From: Nemertoderma westbladi
Taxonomy: Eukaryota; Animalia; Xenacoelomorpha
Reading direction: 5' to 3'
Length of the DNA: 64,000 nt
Assembly (NCBI GenBank): GCA_032718475.1
Contig: JAUCBJ010009089.1
Coordinates: 1 to 64,000, forward strand
The notes under the pieces are model-generated. The model had not been told where the DNA came from. It saw only the letters and a list, made by a program, of their open reading frames with translations, and ran no database searches. Each line of letters opens with the position of its first letter. The first letter of the stretch is position 1. Shown here piece after piece: positions 26,666 through 36,822 of this stretch. The position numbers and the translations under genes were made by a program.

Positions 26666-27956
26666 TTATTCTACAACTTCAATGGATTCTTCAGGGCAAT
26701 ATTTATTGCATTGATGTCCCTTAAAGAACGAGTCAATGGCATAGCCCAAACAGTTACCTGCGCAGAAGTACATCTCATTGTCAATGTCCGAGGCGTCAAC
26801 AGTCGAGATTTCTGGGTCATAGTCGATAGCCACTTCCCTGTATATCGAGAAGAAGCATCTTATTCTTAGTATACACATATGAGAAGTGCGCCAGGGCTCC
26901 AGCCTTCTCGACCAGTTGACAAGTTTCCCCATCCTCTCCATGGATCACTACACCGAGATTGGTGATATACTTCCTAAAGTTTCTTTCAACAAATTCTTCG
27001 ATATACATATTCACATATTCCACTTCGGAACCATCCCCGTTATAGACTTCTCCATACCAGCATTTGTTGTAGAGAAAGTTATTTTTGAATGTTTCTCGAC
27101 CATCCGACTTCTCGCATGCAGCTTTGCAGAATTCAAAGGCGATTCGATGGGCCACAGCATGCATCTGTACTTTGCATCTCTACTGTTTTTTTGCATGTTG
27201 GCCAAGAGGAACCTGTACTTCCTTTTCAATGTCTTTAATGGACGGTTTGTAACGCTTTAGGACATACTTAAAATTGCCTAAATAAGCAATATATGCCGAT
27301 CTAAAACCACCCTCCGAAAACGGTTTCTTCTCTACATCGTAAATCTTAATCTCACTGGGACTCCAGCTGTAATTGTCTAAGTTGAAGAGAGAAATTGTAA
27401 CCTCTGTTTTCTCGAGGTTTTCGGTGCACAGCTTACCAGGTTTTAATAATCGCGATAAAGTAACTGATTTAGGATAAGATCGATTAAACGTATCACATTG
27501 ATTTTGATTACCGATACATAGGCTCGTACCCGTACTGCTAGAAGATGAGGACCCCATTGACGACTGTGACTGACATTGGCCAGCATTCGGTTGATCGCTA
27601 ATGATAAATCGCACATAGAAGATCTTCTTCCCATCAATCTGCGCTATGTTCGAGCAGTTTGGCCCGCGATCGCTTGCCAGAATGTCACATGAACCATTGG
27701 GTTCTTTGTACCACGTCTTGCAAGCCAGTTTAATGTTTTCAATCGATAAATCGTCATATTCTTCGAATTCGACAAATTGACGCGGTCCAATGGGATCGTA
27801 CTTAGACTTTCATGTATCGGTAGTGTGCGCTGAGAGACGTTGTACAGTTAACCACATAGGAGCTCTACCGCGTTTCCTGTTGCATGTTTTCATCCTCTTT
27901 TTACTGAGCTTATCTTAGATGTCTTTAAAATTAGGCAGTGGTCAATGGTAAGCCAT
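26666..27956 (-). pseudogene. Intronless alpha-type protein kinase (eEF2K/MHCK/TRPM7 kinase family), disrupted
   Basis: Motifs in order: PFSEGGFRSAY, YVLKRY, VQMHAVA, IEEFVE..FRKY.TN.G, ALAHFSY, LLLDIQG, DPEI, FCAGN, HQCNKYC. Several in-frame stops and a frameshift near 26820. Confidence 0.9.
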
Positions 27957-28543
27957 GTCCAGATGTTGTCACCGCAGTACCGGCAGACCAATATTCCAGG
28001 CAGCCAGGTCAGGTAGGCATACTATGTACTACTGGCAGACTAGCCTTAGAGGAAGTACTATTGCAGTATTGTGTAACGGTACGACATTGTGTATCGTGTA
28101 CCAGTACCTGTACTGGAATACTGTCAATACGCTGTACTACAATACAACAATGCTGCAATAGCTAGATAGCGGTGGCGGTTTCCGGGTTTGGTACCATACT
28201 GCTGCACTGCAGTACTATAGGCCTCTTTCCGGTAGGCCTACAATACAGTCAGACAGTGCTGTCATAGTGAGCTCGTTGGGCCACAGAATTTGATTTTGAC
28301 CTTTACAAATATATAGTGAGCTCAATGGGCCACCTGTAAAATATGATTTCAATTCTTAATTTCCGATTTGCGATTTACAGTTTGCAATTTAAGATTGACT
28401 TTGAAATGCAAATATTTGTTTTTCAAATTGTAATTTCAAACTCTAATTTCAATTTTCGTTTTTTTGAAATAGTTGCATGTTTTGTTTGTAATCTAAAATA
28501 ATATTTTCAGTTAAAAAAGCAGTGAGCCCGATGGGTCACCATA

Positions 28544-29140
28544 CTTTAGCACAACGTTTCCGACCAGATACATCATTAATAGTTTGCCAGGTAGTCTTGA
28601 TTATTGCTAATCACTTGTAATTTCTTCAATTTTGTCCTGCATGTACTGTACGTACGTCTCCTGGCTGATGTTGTAGGCCAATTTCAGATCTTCCAAAGCG
28701 TACTCAACATTGTTGATGTTTTTGGTTGTTCGGTTTTCACTCTGGAGGCTATCTTAAGATCTTCTCTCTTACAAGTAACCTCAGAGTCTTCCCATGGCAC
28801 ATATTGTTTTCGTTTGGGTTTCTGGGGAATATGCTTATTGGATGATTCCTTGTGGGCTTTTATTATATTCTGGTATATTGAAGTGGTATACTGGTCTAAA
28901 TCCATTGACTGAAGTACTCCAAAGCGGTTTTGAACTTCTACTGTGTAAGCATCCTTTACAGCATTGTCAGTTCTGAGTTTCTCCCAATAATAGTTGATTT
29001 GCTTGCATGTCCTGGGTTTGCTGGCTCTCACACTAAGTCTGATCTCTGCAGTCACAATTCTGTGGTCCACACCTATTAGGTTGAGTTAGCTGTATGCCGC
29101 ACAGTTAATCTTGATGTTTCTCCACTTTATACTTCATACA
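28544..29140 (-). pseudogene. RTE-like LINE ORF2 fragment (end of the endonuclease and linker)
   Basis: DHRIVTAEIRLSVR, VEVQNRFGVL, PWED, WQTINDVSGRK. Confidence 0.75.
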
Positions 29141-29289
29141 ACTGTGTGCTTTCGTTACAATATTGAATTAAACGGCTTAATATTATTCCTACCTATTCAG
29201 TTCTTGTCAATTCCAGCAATTCCAGTTTCAATTCCAGCATTTCAGGTCAGGTCTGGTCTTCTGCAATATTGATTCGAAAAACTTGCAAT

Positions 29290-30435
29290 GCAGCACTAAG
29301 GAGGTGCCACCATGACTATATTGCTACATTGACCCTATTACTAAGGGCATCGGTCCAGTAAGAAGGACCCCCTTTCTCTAGAGGATAGGGACACTGTTGG
29401 TCCTGGGTTAAGGACTGATACTTGGCTGCAAGGGAATATACGCTAAGGAAACACCTTCCAAGGTTGTATAGAGTCTGATTGGAGATCTGTTCATTGTACT
29501 TGACACAATTAACCTGGCGCAGCATAATTGTATAAGTGCCATTTAGAGATTTGGGAGCAAGGGAATGTGGTCTGACCAGGTAGATGGTAATCTACCTATG
29601 GGTGGTCAAGCTGCACCTCACAACAGGGGTGCAGATGAGCTGCAATCCAATGATAAGTCATGTGCTTCAGAGTAGGTATGGGTGATGGGCCCCATATTTG
29701 ACTAAAATCTGTGGAATTGCAAGAGGATGCAGTATTTGCCCCAATAGCTGACTCAATAAAAAAGCACCCCTAGCCCATTATGGATTACATCACTAATGCA
29801 GAAAAGGTCTGAACGCTATGGGCTTGTGGAATATTGGACAACATAGACCAAATCTCAAACAACATCTGTTGTCACGTTTCCTAATGTGCTATTCACAAAC
29901 TAAGGATGCCCAGTAGAGGAGGTGGATGTATGTTCATATGTTCAGAATACTTGCAATATATGGGATTGCTGAGAAAATTTTTGCAGCAATCACATCAATA
30001 TACAATGGTGCCAGTGTGTCTACCACTGATGGTGATGGTAATAACACCCATTGGCTTCAGAAGTCAAGGAAATCCGGCCGAGCACCTCACTGTTCTAGAC
30101 ATTGCTAAGCACTTGAGGGAGCCCAACGGCTCACCAGCTCATTAGAACAGGCTGCTTCTAATTTTGTGCATTTGTTTGTTCAAGAAGACCAGCTTTTTGA
30201 CAGTTTACTTCGACTGTCCTCAGGAAATGTCTGAACGTATGACCATAAAATCTAAGGATGTTATGCTTGTGCAGGAGGATGACATCTGTTCATGGGATCA
30301 TTAATCCAGAAGTTAGGTGATGACAACCTTCGAATGGGCAAAGGATAGGCATGTGCAGCATTGAATGGCCTTGTCAGGGTTTGGGAGTCGCGCTGAATCT
30401 AAAACTGAAGGTTTGATTATTTAAAGCAGCTAGCA
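29290..30435. mobile_element. Two degraded RTE-like fragments: 3' piece on the minus strand (29290-29555) and an internally deleted copy on the plus strand (29556-30435)
   Basis: MLRQVNCVKYNEQISNQTLY matches 33140-33200. MFRILAIYGIAEKI matches 32405-32500. 29655-29705 matches 21558-21608. Confidence 0.75.
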
Positions 30436-30445
30436 TTAGAACCAG

Positions 30446-30610
30446 AGGTTCCACCTTGGTGTAATGGTTGCATTAAATTCACATCTCGTCGTGGGTTCGA
30501 TTCCCACAGATTTCATTCCAGCACGAATGCACTAGCCACGGCGGATCTCTGTGTGATTTAGAAAGGACCTATTTTAAGGTACTACTTTTCACAATTTTAT
30601 TATTATTAGA
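30446..30610 (+). mobile_element. tRNA-derived SINE-like remnant
   Basis: Pol III A-box-like TGGTGTAATGG, B-box GGTTCGATTCC and a (TTA)n tail. No complete cloverleaf. Confidence 0.45.
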
Positions 30611-30704
30611 AACAACAGTTATCTATCTGGCTTGTACCTAGTAGTTAGTTATATACATAAATAAAAATGTAATAATATCATATGACTTATTTATTTCATA
30701 ACAG

Positions 30705-30884
30705 GGTTTGAAATCAACCAGTGCTTAAGCCCAATATCTTTTGAGGCTAGGACTGCAGCGGGCCACATTCCAGCCTCGGAAACTGGACAAGAGCTTATTA
30801 TGAATGACGATGGGCTGTCTTGTAAGAATTTACATCAAACTGATAACGAATGTATAGACTATGAGATACGATTCTGCTGTCCTG
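30705..30884 (+). CDS. Coding exon D, C-terminal half of the WxxW/CysD domain (FEINQCLSPISFEARTAAGHIPASETGQELIMNDDGLSCKNLHQTDNECIDYEIRFCCP)
   Basis: Acceptor aacAG at 30703-04 and donor GTAGGT at 30885. 180 bp, phase 1-1. Carries the GLxC.N..Q...C.DYEIRFCC signature; the junction with exon C gives TGG (Trp). Confidence 0.85.
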
Positions 30885-31033
30885 GTAGGTCTTTAGGTAG
30901 TGGTAGTGGTCTTCTGTAAGGCAGTTTTTTCAGAATGCAAAGCTGTTCTTATTCATTCATCTATTCATGGGATAAATGTGTCGAGGAGAATGTGAATCAT
31001 TTAGATAATATTTAACCATCACTTACTTCATGT

Positions 31034-33522
31034 AAGTGATAAACACCCTAACACTCAGGTCCCGAATGCGACAAGGTGAGCTGGCTGCCTTGGCAGATAA
31101 GCTTTCTCTTAGTGCAGTGGGTGTTCAAGAGCACCGAATGCAGACTGGACAGACTGATGAGGTTCTGATTAAGGACATGGGGGGCTGTTGGCGACTCGCC
31201 CTCGCTTCAGCAAATGATAGTGGCAATGGTGGAATTAGTCTATTGATGATTCCAACTGCACATGCAGCATTGGACAAAATAGACCAAATCTCTAACCACA
31301 TCATCCGTTGCCACTTCTCATGTTCTGGAAGACTGGCTAAGAAGTTTCCTTAAGTGGTTATGATTGTGTGCTACTCTGTAACCAGTGTTGCCCCTGTAGA
31401 GGAGGTGGAAATTTCTTGCCTCTGAGGCGACAGATCACTGTGAGGGCTATACAGCCTTCACAGAGGCAGTTAAGTTAGCAGCTGCAGAAACAGTTCCTGT
31501 ATAACCTCGAAACATGAAACGGGCCCCCTGGACTGACAACAAAATTCAGAAGTGCCAAAATGACCTCTACAAGGCGCAGAAAGAGTCCCGACTCAAACAG
31601 ACTACAGCGGCCAAGAATTTAGTTAAGGCTGCATCTAGGTCCCTGAACAGGCAGTACTCTGTTAATTTACAGGAGCTAATAAACCAACAGGTTGATGCCA
31701 TCAATGATGCTGACGACAGCAGGCAATCATCCCAGGCATGGAGCTGAGTCGAAAATTGGTTGAAAACATTGCTTGCTGGTCGAAAAGCCAACCAACCAAC
31801 AAGGTTAAGGCTGAATCACCAGCTGATCGCCTCAATGGTTGGAAGGTCCACTTTGAAAAGCTCCTCAATAATGACAGGATATTGCCTGATAACTTTATAG
31901 AGTAAAAGTGTCTGAGTCTGTACTCCCAGATATTCCCATTGGTGATATCTCCTTTGCAGAAGTGAAGGCTGCTGCAAAGAGCATTACGACCAATCGTGCC
32001 AGTGGAGTAGATGGTGTTCCCACTGAGGTCTTTAAAATACCTGAGTGTTTAAAGCTCATCTATCCCATCATAGTAGACATGTTCCGAACAACAAGAGTCC
32101 CACAAGAAATGAAAACAAATAAGTAGGTGCCAGTTCCCAAGAAGGGCAACCTAACACTCTATGGTTCTTTTTGGGGAATCTCATTGATCTCGATTGCTGC
32201 AAAGCTATACAATAGAATTCTATTAAATCGCATCAGGGATCCCATTGAGAGACTGCTCCGTGGAAATCAGAATGGGTTCCGTAAAGGTCGTGGGACCATG
32301 GAGCCCATTTTGGCACTTATAAGGATAATTGAAGAGTTATCAAAAAAGAAAGACAGCCATCTGGCTGTTATCTTCAAGGCCTTTGATACAGTCTCTCGCT
32401 CACGTATGTTCAGCATACTTTCATTATATGGGATTCCTGATGAAATTATTGCAGCAATCAGATCAGTATACGATGGTTCGACAACATTTGTGTCTACTGT
32501 TGACGGTGACACAGAACCATTTGAAGTGTTATGGGGCGTCCTCCAGGGAGACACATTTGCACCATTCTTGTTCATAATTGTTGTTGACTATGTTCTACGC
32601 ATGTCCTTAGATCATCATAATGATGATGGGGTGATGATAACTCCACCTAATGGCTCCAGAAGTCGAGGAGATCCTGCCAAGTACCTAACTGATCTAGACT
32701 TTGCTGATGACGTAGGAGTACTCTCAGAATCACTAGCTCCTCGGCTCCTCAGCTCATTAGAACATGCTGCTTATAGTGTTGGTCTTTTTATTAACTCCAG
32801 AAAGACCAATATTTTGACAGTTAACTTTGAAAGTCCTCAGCAAGTCTCTGATCGGATGAGCATAAGCTCAAAAGATGGTATGCTCGAGCATGTGGATGAC
32901 TTCTGTTACATGGGATCATGGATCCGGAAGTCAGGTGAGGGAGGACCTTCGAATACGTAAGGGAAAGGCATGGGCAGCCTTGAATAGGCTTTCCAGGATT
33001 TGGAAGTCACCGAGAATTAATCGGAAACTTAAGGTCCGATTATTTAGAGCAGCAGTAGTTCCAGTACTCCTCTATGGGAGTCCATGCTGGGCTCTAACTG
33101 CTGAGGACACCAAATCTCTGGATGGCACATTCACAAGAATGCTACGCCGGGTTCATTGTGTCAAGTACAATGCACACATCTCCAACGAGACACTATATAA
33201 CATTGGAGGTGTCTCATTGGTTCCCCCAAGCTTGACACTAGAACAAAATCGCCTACGCTTTGCAGGACATTGCTTTCGACGTGAGGACCAGCCAGTGCAT
33301 AATCTTGTACTTTGGCAGCCTCATGGAGTGAATAAGCATGGTGGACAGCCCATGACTTTCTTGAGACGCATCGTATTAAAGGACACTGGCCTTGAAGATG
33401 CGGATGATCTAGCAAATGTCATGGGTGATAGGGAGTTGTGGCGGTGCAATTTTGTCGATAAGCTGGCACAGCATTCTTAAAAATGCAGCTACAATGCAGC
33501 ATGCCGATCCTAGTAGTAGTAG
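31034..33522 (+). mobile_element. RTE-like non-LTR retrotransposon, 5'-truncated and disrupted, with TSD
   Basis: APE motif VGVQEH; RT motifs PKKG, QNGFRKGR, KAFDTV, GVLQGDTFAPFLF, LDFADD; C-terminal LRFAGHC. (TAG)n tail. 10-bp TSD TACTTCATGT at 31024-33 and 33523-32. Confidence 0.93.
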
Positions 33523-33667
33523 TACTTCATGTCACACACATTGTGTATTATGTTTACATTATTTGCCACATTCACAATTAAAGTTATAGCAGTAATTTGC
33601 TCATTAAATTGTCAACATACGATTATTGAAATAATAAATGAATTGCTGTGGGGAGAAGTGACGGCGA

Positions 33668-33995
33668 ATAAATGATATAATAATGTAATAGTACAGTATG
33701 ATAATAGTAAAAATTTCAACGGACCCTATTTCGGCTCGAACCCAGTACCTAGGTTTCAAAGTTCAAATTCTCAGTTATCATCAGCCGTGTGTATGATGAT
33801 ATATAATATATGTGATAGCCCACTCCATAGCGAATATATTATTTATCCATCCTGTTAGCTCAGTTGTCATAGGCACATACACCCATCTGATGATAACCGG
33901 AAGTTTGATACATAGGTATGGGGTTCGAGCCCCATTAGTTCGCCAAATTTGTCACTAAGGAGAGCATTATCATACTGTTACATTATTATATATTA
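33668..33995. mobile_element. Palindromic element made of two inverted tRNA-like (A-box/B-box) units
   Basis: 33670-33800 is inverted at 33875-33995. TAGCTCAGTTG and a T-arm TGGGG-TTCGAG-CCCCA are present. Confidence 0.55.
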
Positions 33996-35169
33996 TTGAA
34001 ACTAGTGGCGTGCAAACAAGCCGGATGTAAATCTTGAATCTTCAGAACACTTCTATTAATGAATTAATATACTAATATTTAACTTTTTAAATCACTTTGT
34101 TCCTTGAGGCCTGACAAGGATCCAATTTTCTAAAACTTTTTAGTGTTTATCTATAAGAAACTCGCAGAATAATAATAATAATTTATAGGAAATATTTGTT
34201 GTAGGCAATGTCAACTATATTCCATTATTACACAACACAGACAGATACCATCAGCTGAACAAAATACCTACGACCTATGATTCTAATTACACCAATTATT
34301 ACAATAAGTACTGCAGTTGAAGGACTACATTATTACTACAATTCATTCTCATCTGGAATTAGTAATAAATTCACATTCGCCCATACCTTTACTGACATTT
34401 AACACACACTAATGCTACCCTATGAAGAATTTCAAGTTTGTAATGGAGTGGAGTTTAGGAAGTAGGGCAAGTACAATAATCTTGGCAACCTCATCGATTT
34501 ATACTAAGCCTGTGTAAAAATCCATTATATAAGCCATTTTTCATCATGAACACCAGCTGTTATTGGTATTGTTTTACCATTGCGTCTATAGCACTTTTCG
34601 TTATTTATTTTTTGCAAAAAATAATGACTGTATTTTTCTGAAAATGGCTTGATACACCCATTCAGACCATACACTACAGGAGGGTTCTAAAAACAACACA
34701 ATTGACCGAATAGTTTCGGAGCCTTTCGTTTGACAAACACACACACAAAGAAACAAACAGACACGATTTTCTAATTAACAATTCTATGCAAAATAATTTA
34801 TATTATGAATATTTATTAATCCTAACATGTAACCTCTCCCGTGTTATACAATTTACGATCAGTTAATGATATTAGATGTAGTTAGCAATGTATACTATTC
34901 GCTATGTTATCGCATTTACAAGCTTACTGGTAAGTATGAAAGCAATATTACTTTACAGACATTAGTAATCATCAATCTGTAATGTTATCATGTTTATTGC
35001 ACCATACTCCAGACCCATAGACTCCAGTACCTCTGGACTTCAATAATTCAGACTGTTAGACTTAAAACAGCTGCTGCCTGTGTGTGGCATGTGGGCATAA
35101 CTAGGGAGTATATAGTACAGTACGCTATGTATATACTGTCTGATCATGTGACCTATTTGTACAAGTCAG

Positions 35170-35239
35170 TTACTGAATGTGAATATACATCACTCAATGG
35201 TGATGAGGATGGTCACACATGTAGTATGCTCATCAATGG
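35170..35239 (+). CDS. Candidate exon E (TECEYTSLNGDEDGHTCSMLING), possible start of another F5/8C-like domain
   Basis: cAG acceptor, GTATGT donor and a phase 1 start compatible with exon D. C..S......C....G spacing. Short, so a chance match is possible. Confidence 0.4.
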
Positions 35240-35289
35240 GTATGTACATCAGTACCATTATCAGGCCCATACCTGCAGACCGACGATAT

Positions 35290-36340
35290 AAATACTAAAC
35301 TGAAATTACTTTAATTAATGCAAACTGATCAATCTAAATTGATAATTTCCGACAGTCAATTTGAAAACAGAACGGCAATAACAGAACTGAATACTCCAGG
35401 TAGACTCCAGGATCTCTCTCGATTGAATGAGGATTCATCACGAATGTATCTTGTCATTTTCAAGATTCTGGATCCAGTTAACTGTCTAAAATAAGTGGAA
35501 TAGTTGTCCGATACTATGATTCTTGGTAAATGGTCCGTGGAGCCCACTTCGCACAAAAAACATATGGCAGGATAAATATTACCGGTAGTAATTACATGGT
35601 CCAACAGGGTCGTCGAGTGGGCTGTTATTAGGGTATTTGGGAAATCGTCAGCGTAAATCCATTTGACGTTACGTTATTTAAATAATTTTGTACTTGTAGT
35701 TTATTGGGGCTCAAGACATCAACATTATAGTCACCTGTTAAAATTACATCATAATTATTACTAGCCAATTTAGCAAGGTGGTCATTGAAAGCGGATTGAA
35801 ACTGGTCCAGATTAACACTCTGAGTACGGTATACACAGCCAATAATTAAAGGTGATTGCGGCTAATTTCAACCCAGGTGTTATCATGGCTGGGAAGGTGT
35901 ATGTCCATTCTAATGGTACCTTAGAGTTCATTACGTACGTATATGGCAGTACCACCTCTATCGAGCTTACCATAAGTTCTATAGTCACAAATGGGTTTCT
36001 TGTAACCTTCAATGCAAATAGCATCAAGATCATGATCTTTTGTCAAAAAAGTTTCAGAGAAAGTTAAAATGCCAAACTTCAACAACAAAGAGTGTAGAAA
36101 ATCCGTGATAGCAGAAAAGTTTGACATAATGCTCCTATAATTGAGATGAAACACGGAAAGCCATTATGACAGTCATCAAATTTCAGGCTAAATTTAGTTT
36201 CGTTAAAATATTCATCTGTAATAATATTTGAAACGAGATTTCTATCAGGGTTTATAGAATTAAACATATTATCAGTAGGGTCATTATCCAGACTCATAAG
36301 ATCTTCCATATCGCAGCCAAATATATCATTATCATATCAT
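35290..36340 (-). pseudogene. CR1/L2-like LINE ORF2 endonuclease (APE) fragment
   Basis: INPDRNL, FHLNYRS, ILTFSETFL, RGGTAIYV, ILTGDYN, LDHV, TDHLP. Confidence 0.85.
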
Positions 36341-36399
36341 TATTGTCAACAGAATTAAGTTTAAGTTAAAGTTTAAGTAACATAAATTACACCAATGAC

Positions 36400-36820
36400 T
36401 CGCATCTTTTTGGATCACGAGCATGGTTATGGGTGTCTGTATGTTCACTGTTCAATGGTGAACGCGCAAACACTGATGAACGAATGTCACCTACTCTAGA
36501 ACGTTTGCTCGTTTTATATTGGTTGGAGAAAATCAATACACGTTTACCTTCATATGTACAGCGTCACTATAACCATGATTTACAAAAGATGTCATTAAAG
36601 GATATTAGCCACAGATAGTTACTTTAATAGATTCGTTCATTGCTGAAATAAATACGCATGCTGATGTATCCTGGGTAGCGGCCAATGTGGCACAAATTGA
36701 TTCGGCAAGTTCATTTCGACCATGTTCTACTGGTAATCGTTATCCTTCTCAATTTCATAATAAAAATTTTGCTTCAAATTCTAAACGTTCGTCTAATGCT
36801 TCCATCACTACCAAGTCATG
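36400..36820 (+). pseudogene. Gag-like fragment of an invertebrate LTR retrotransposon
   Basis: DERMSPTLERLLVLYWLEKINTRLPSYVQRHYNHDL resembles a recurrent invertebrate retroelement N-terminal motif. Recognised from memory only. Confidence 0.45.
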
Positions 36821-36822
36821 TG

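Larger units (their letters stand above)
25930..28543. mobile_element. IS3EU-type DNA transposon remnant (transposase, convergent alpha-kinase, right terminus)
   Basis: Two convergent ORFs. The terminus ...GTGAGCCCGATGGGTCACCATA (TATGG on the minus strand) is preceded by a T-rich repeated tract and two more GTGAGCTC...TGGGCCAC motifs. The left end was not found. Confidence 0.6.

Noticed and set aside
30446-30510. Functional tRNA gene (also 33850-33935)
   Set aside because: A and B boxes are present but there is no complete acceptor or anticodon stem; treated as SINE-like.
34240-34470. Possible further exon of the host gene
   Set aside because: Stops occur in each frame before a convincing donor, and there is no domain signature.
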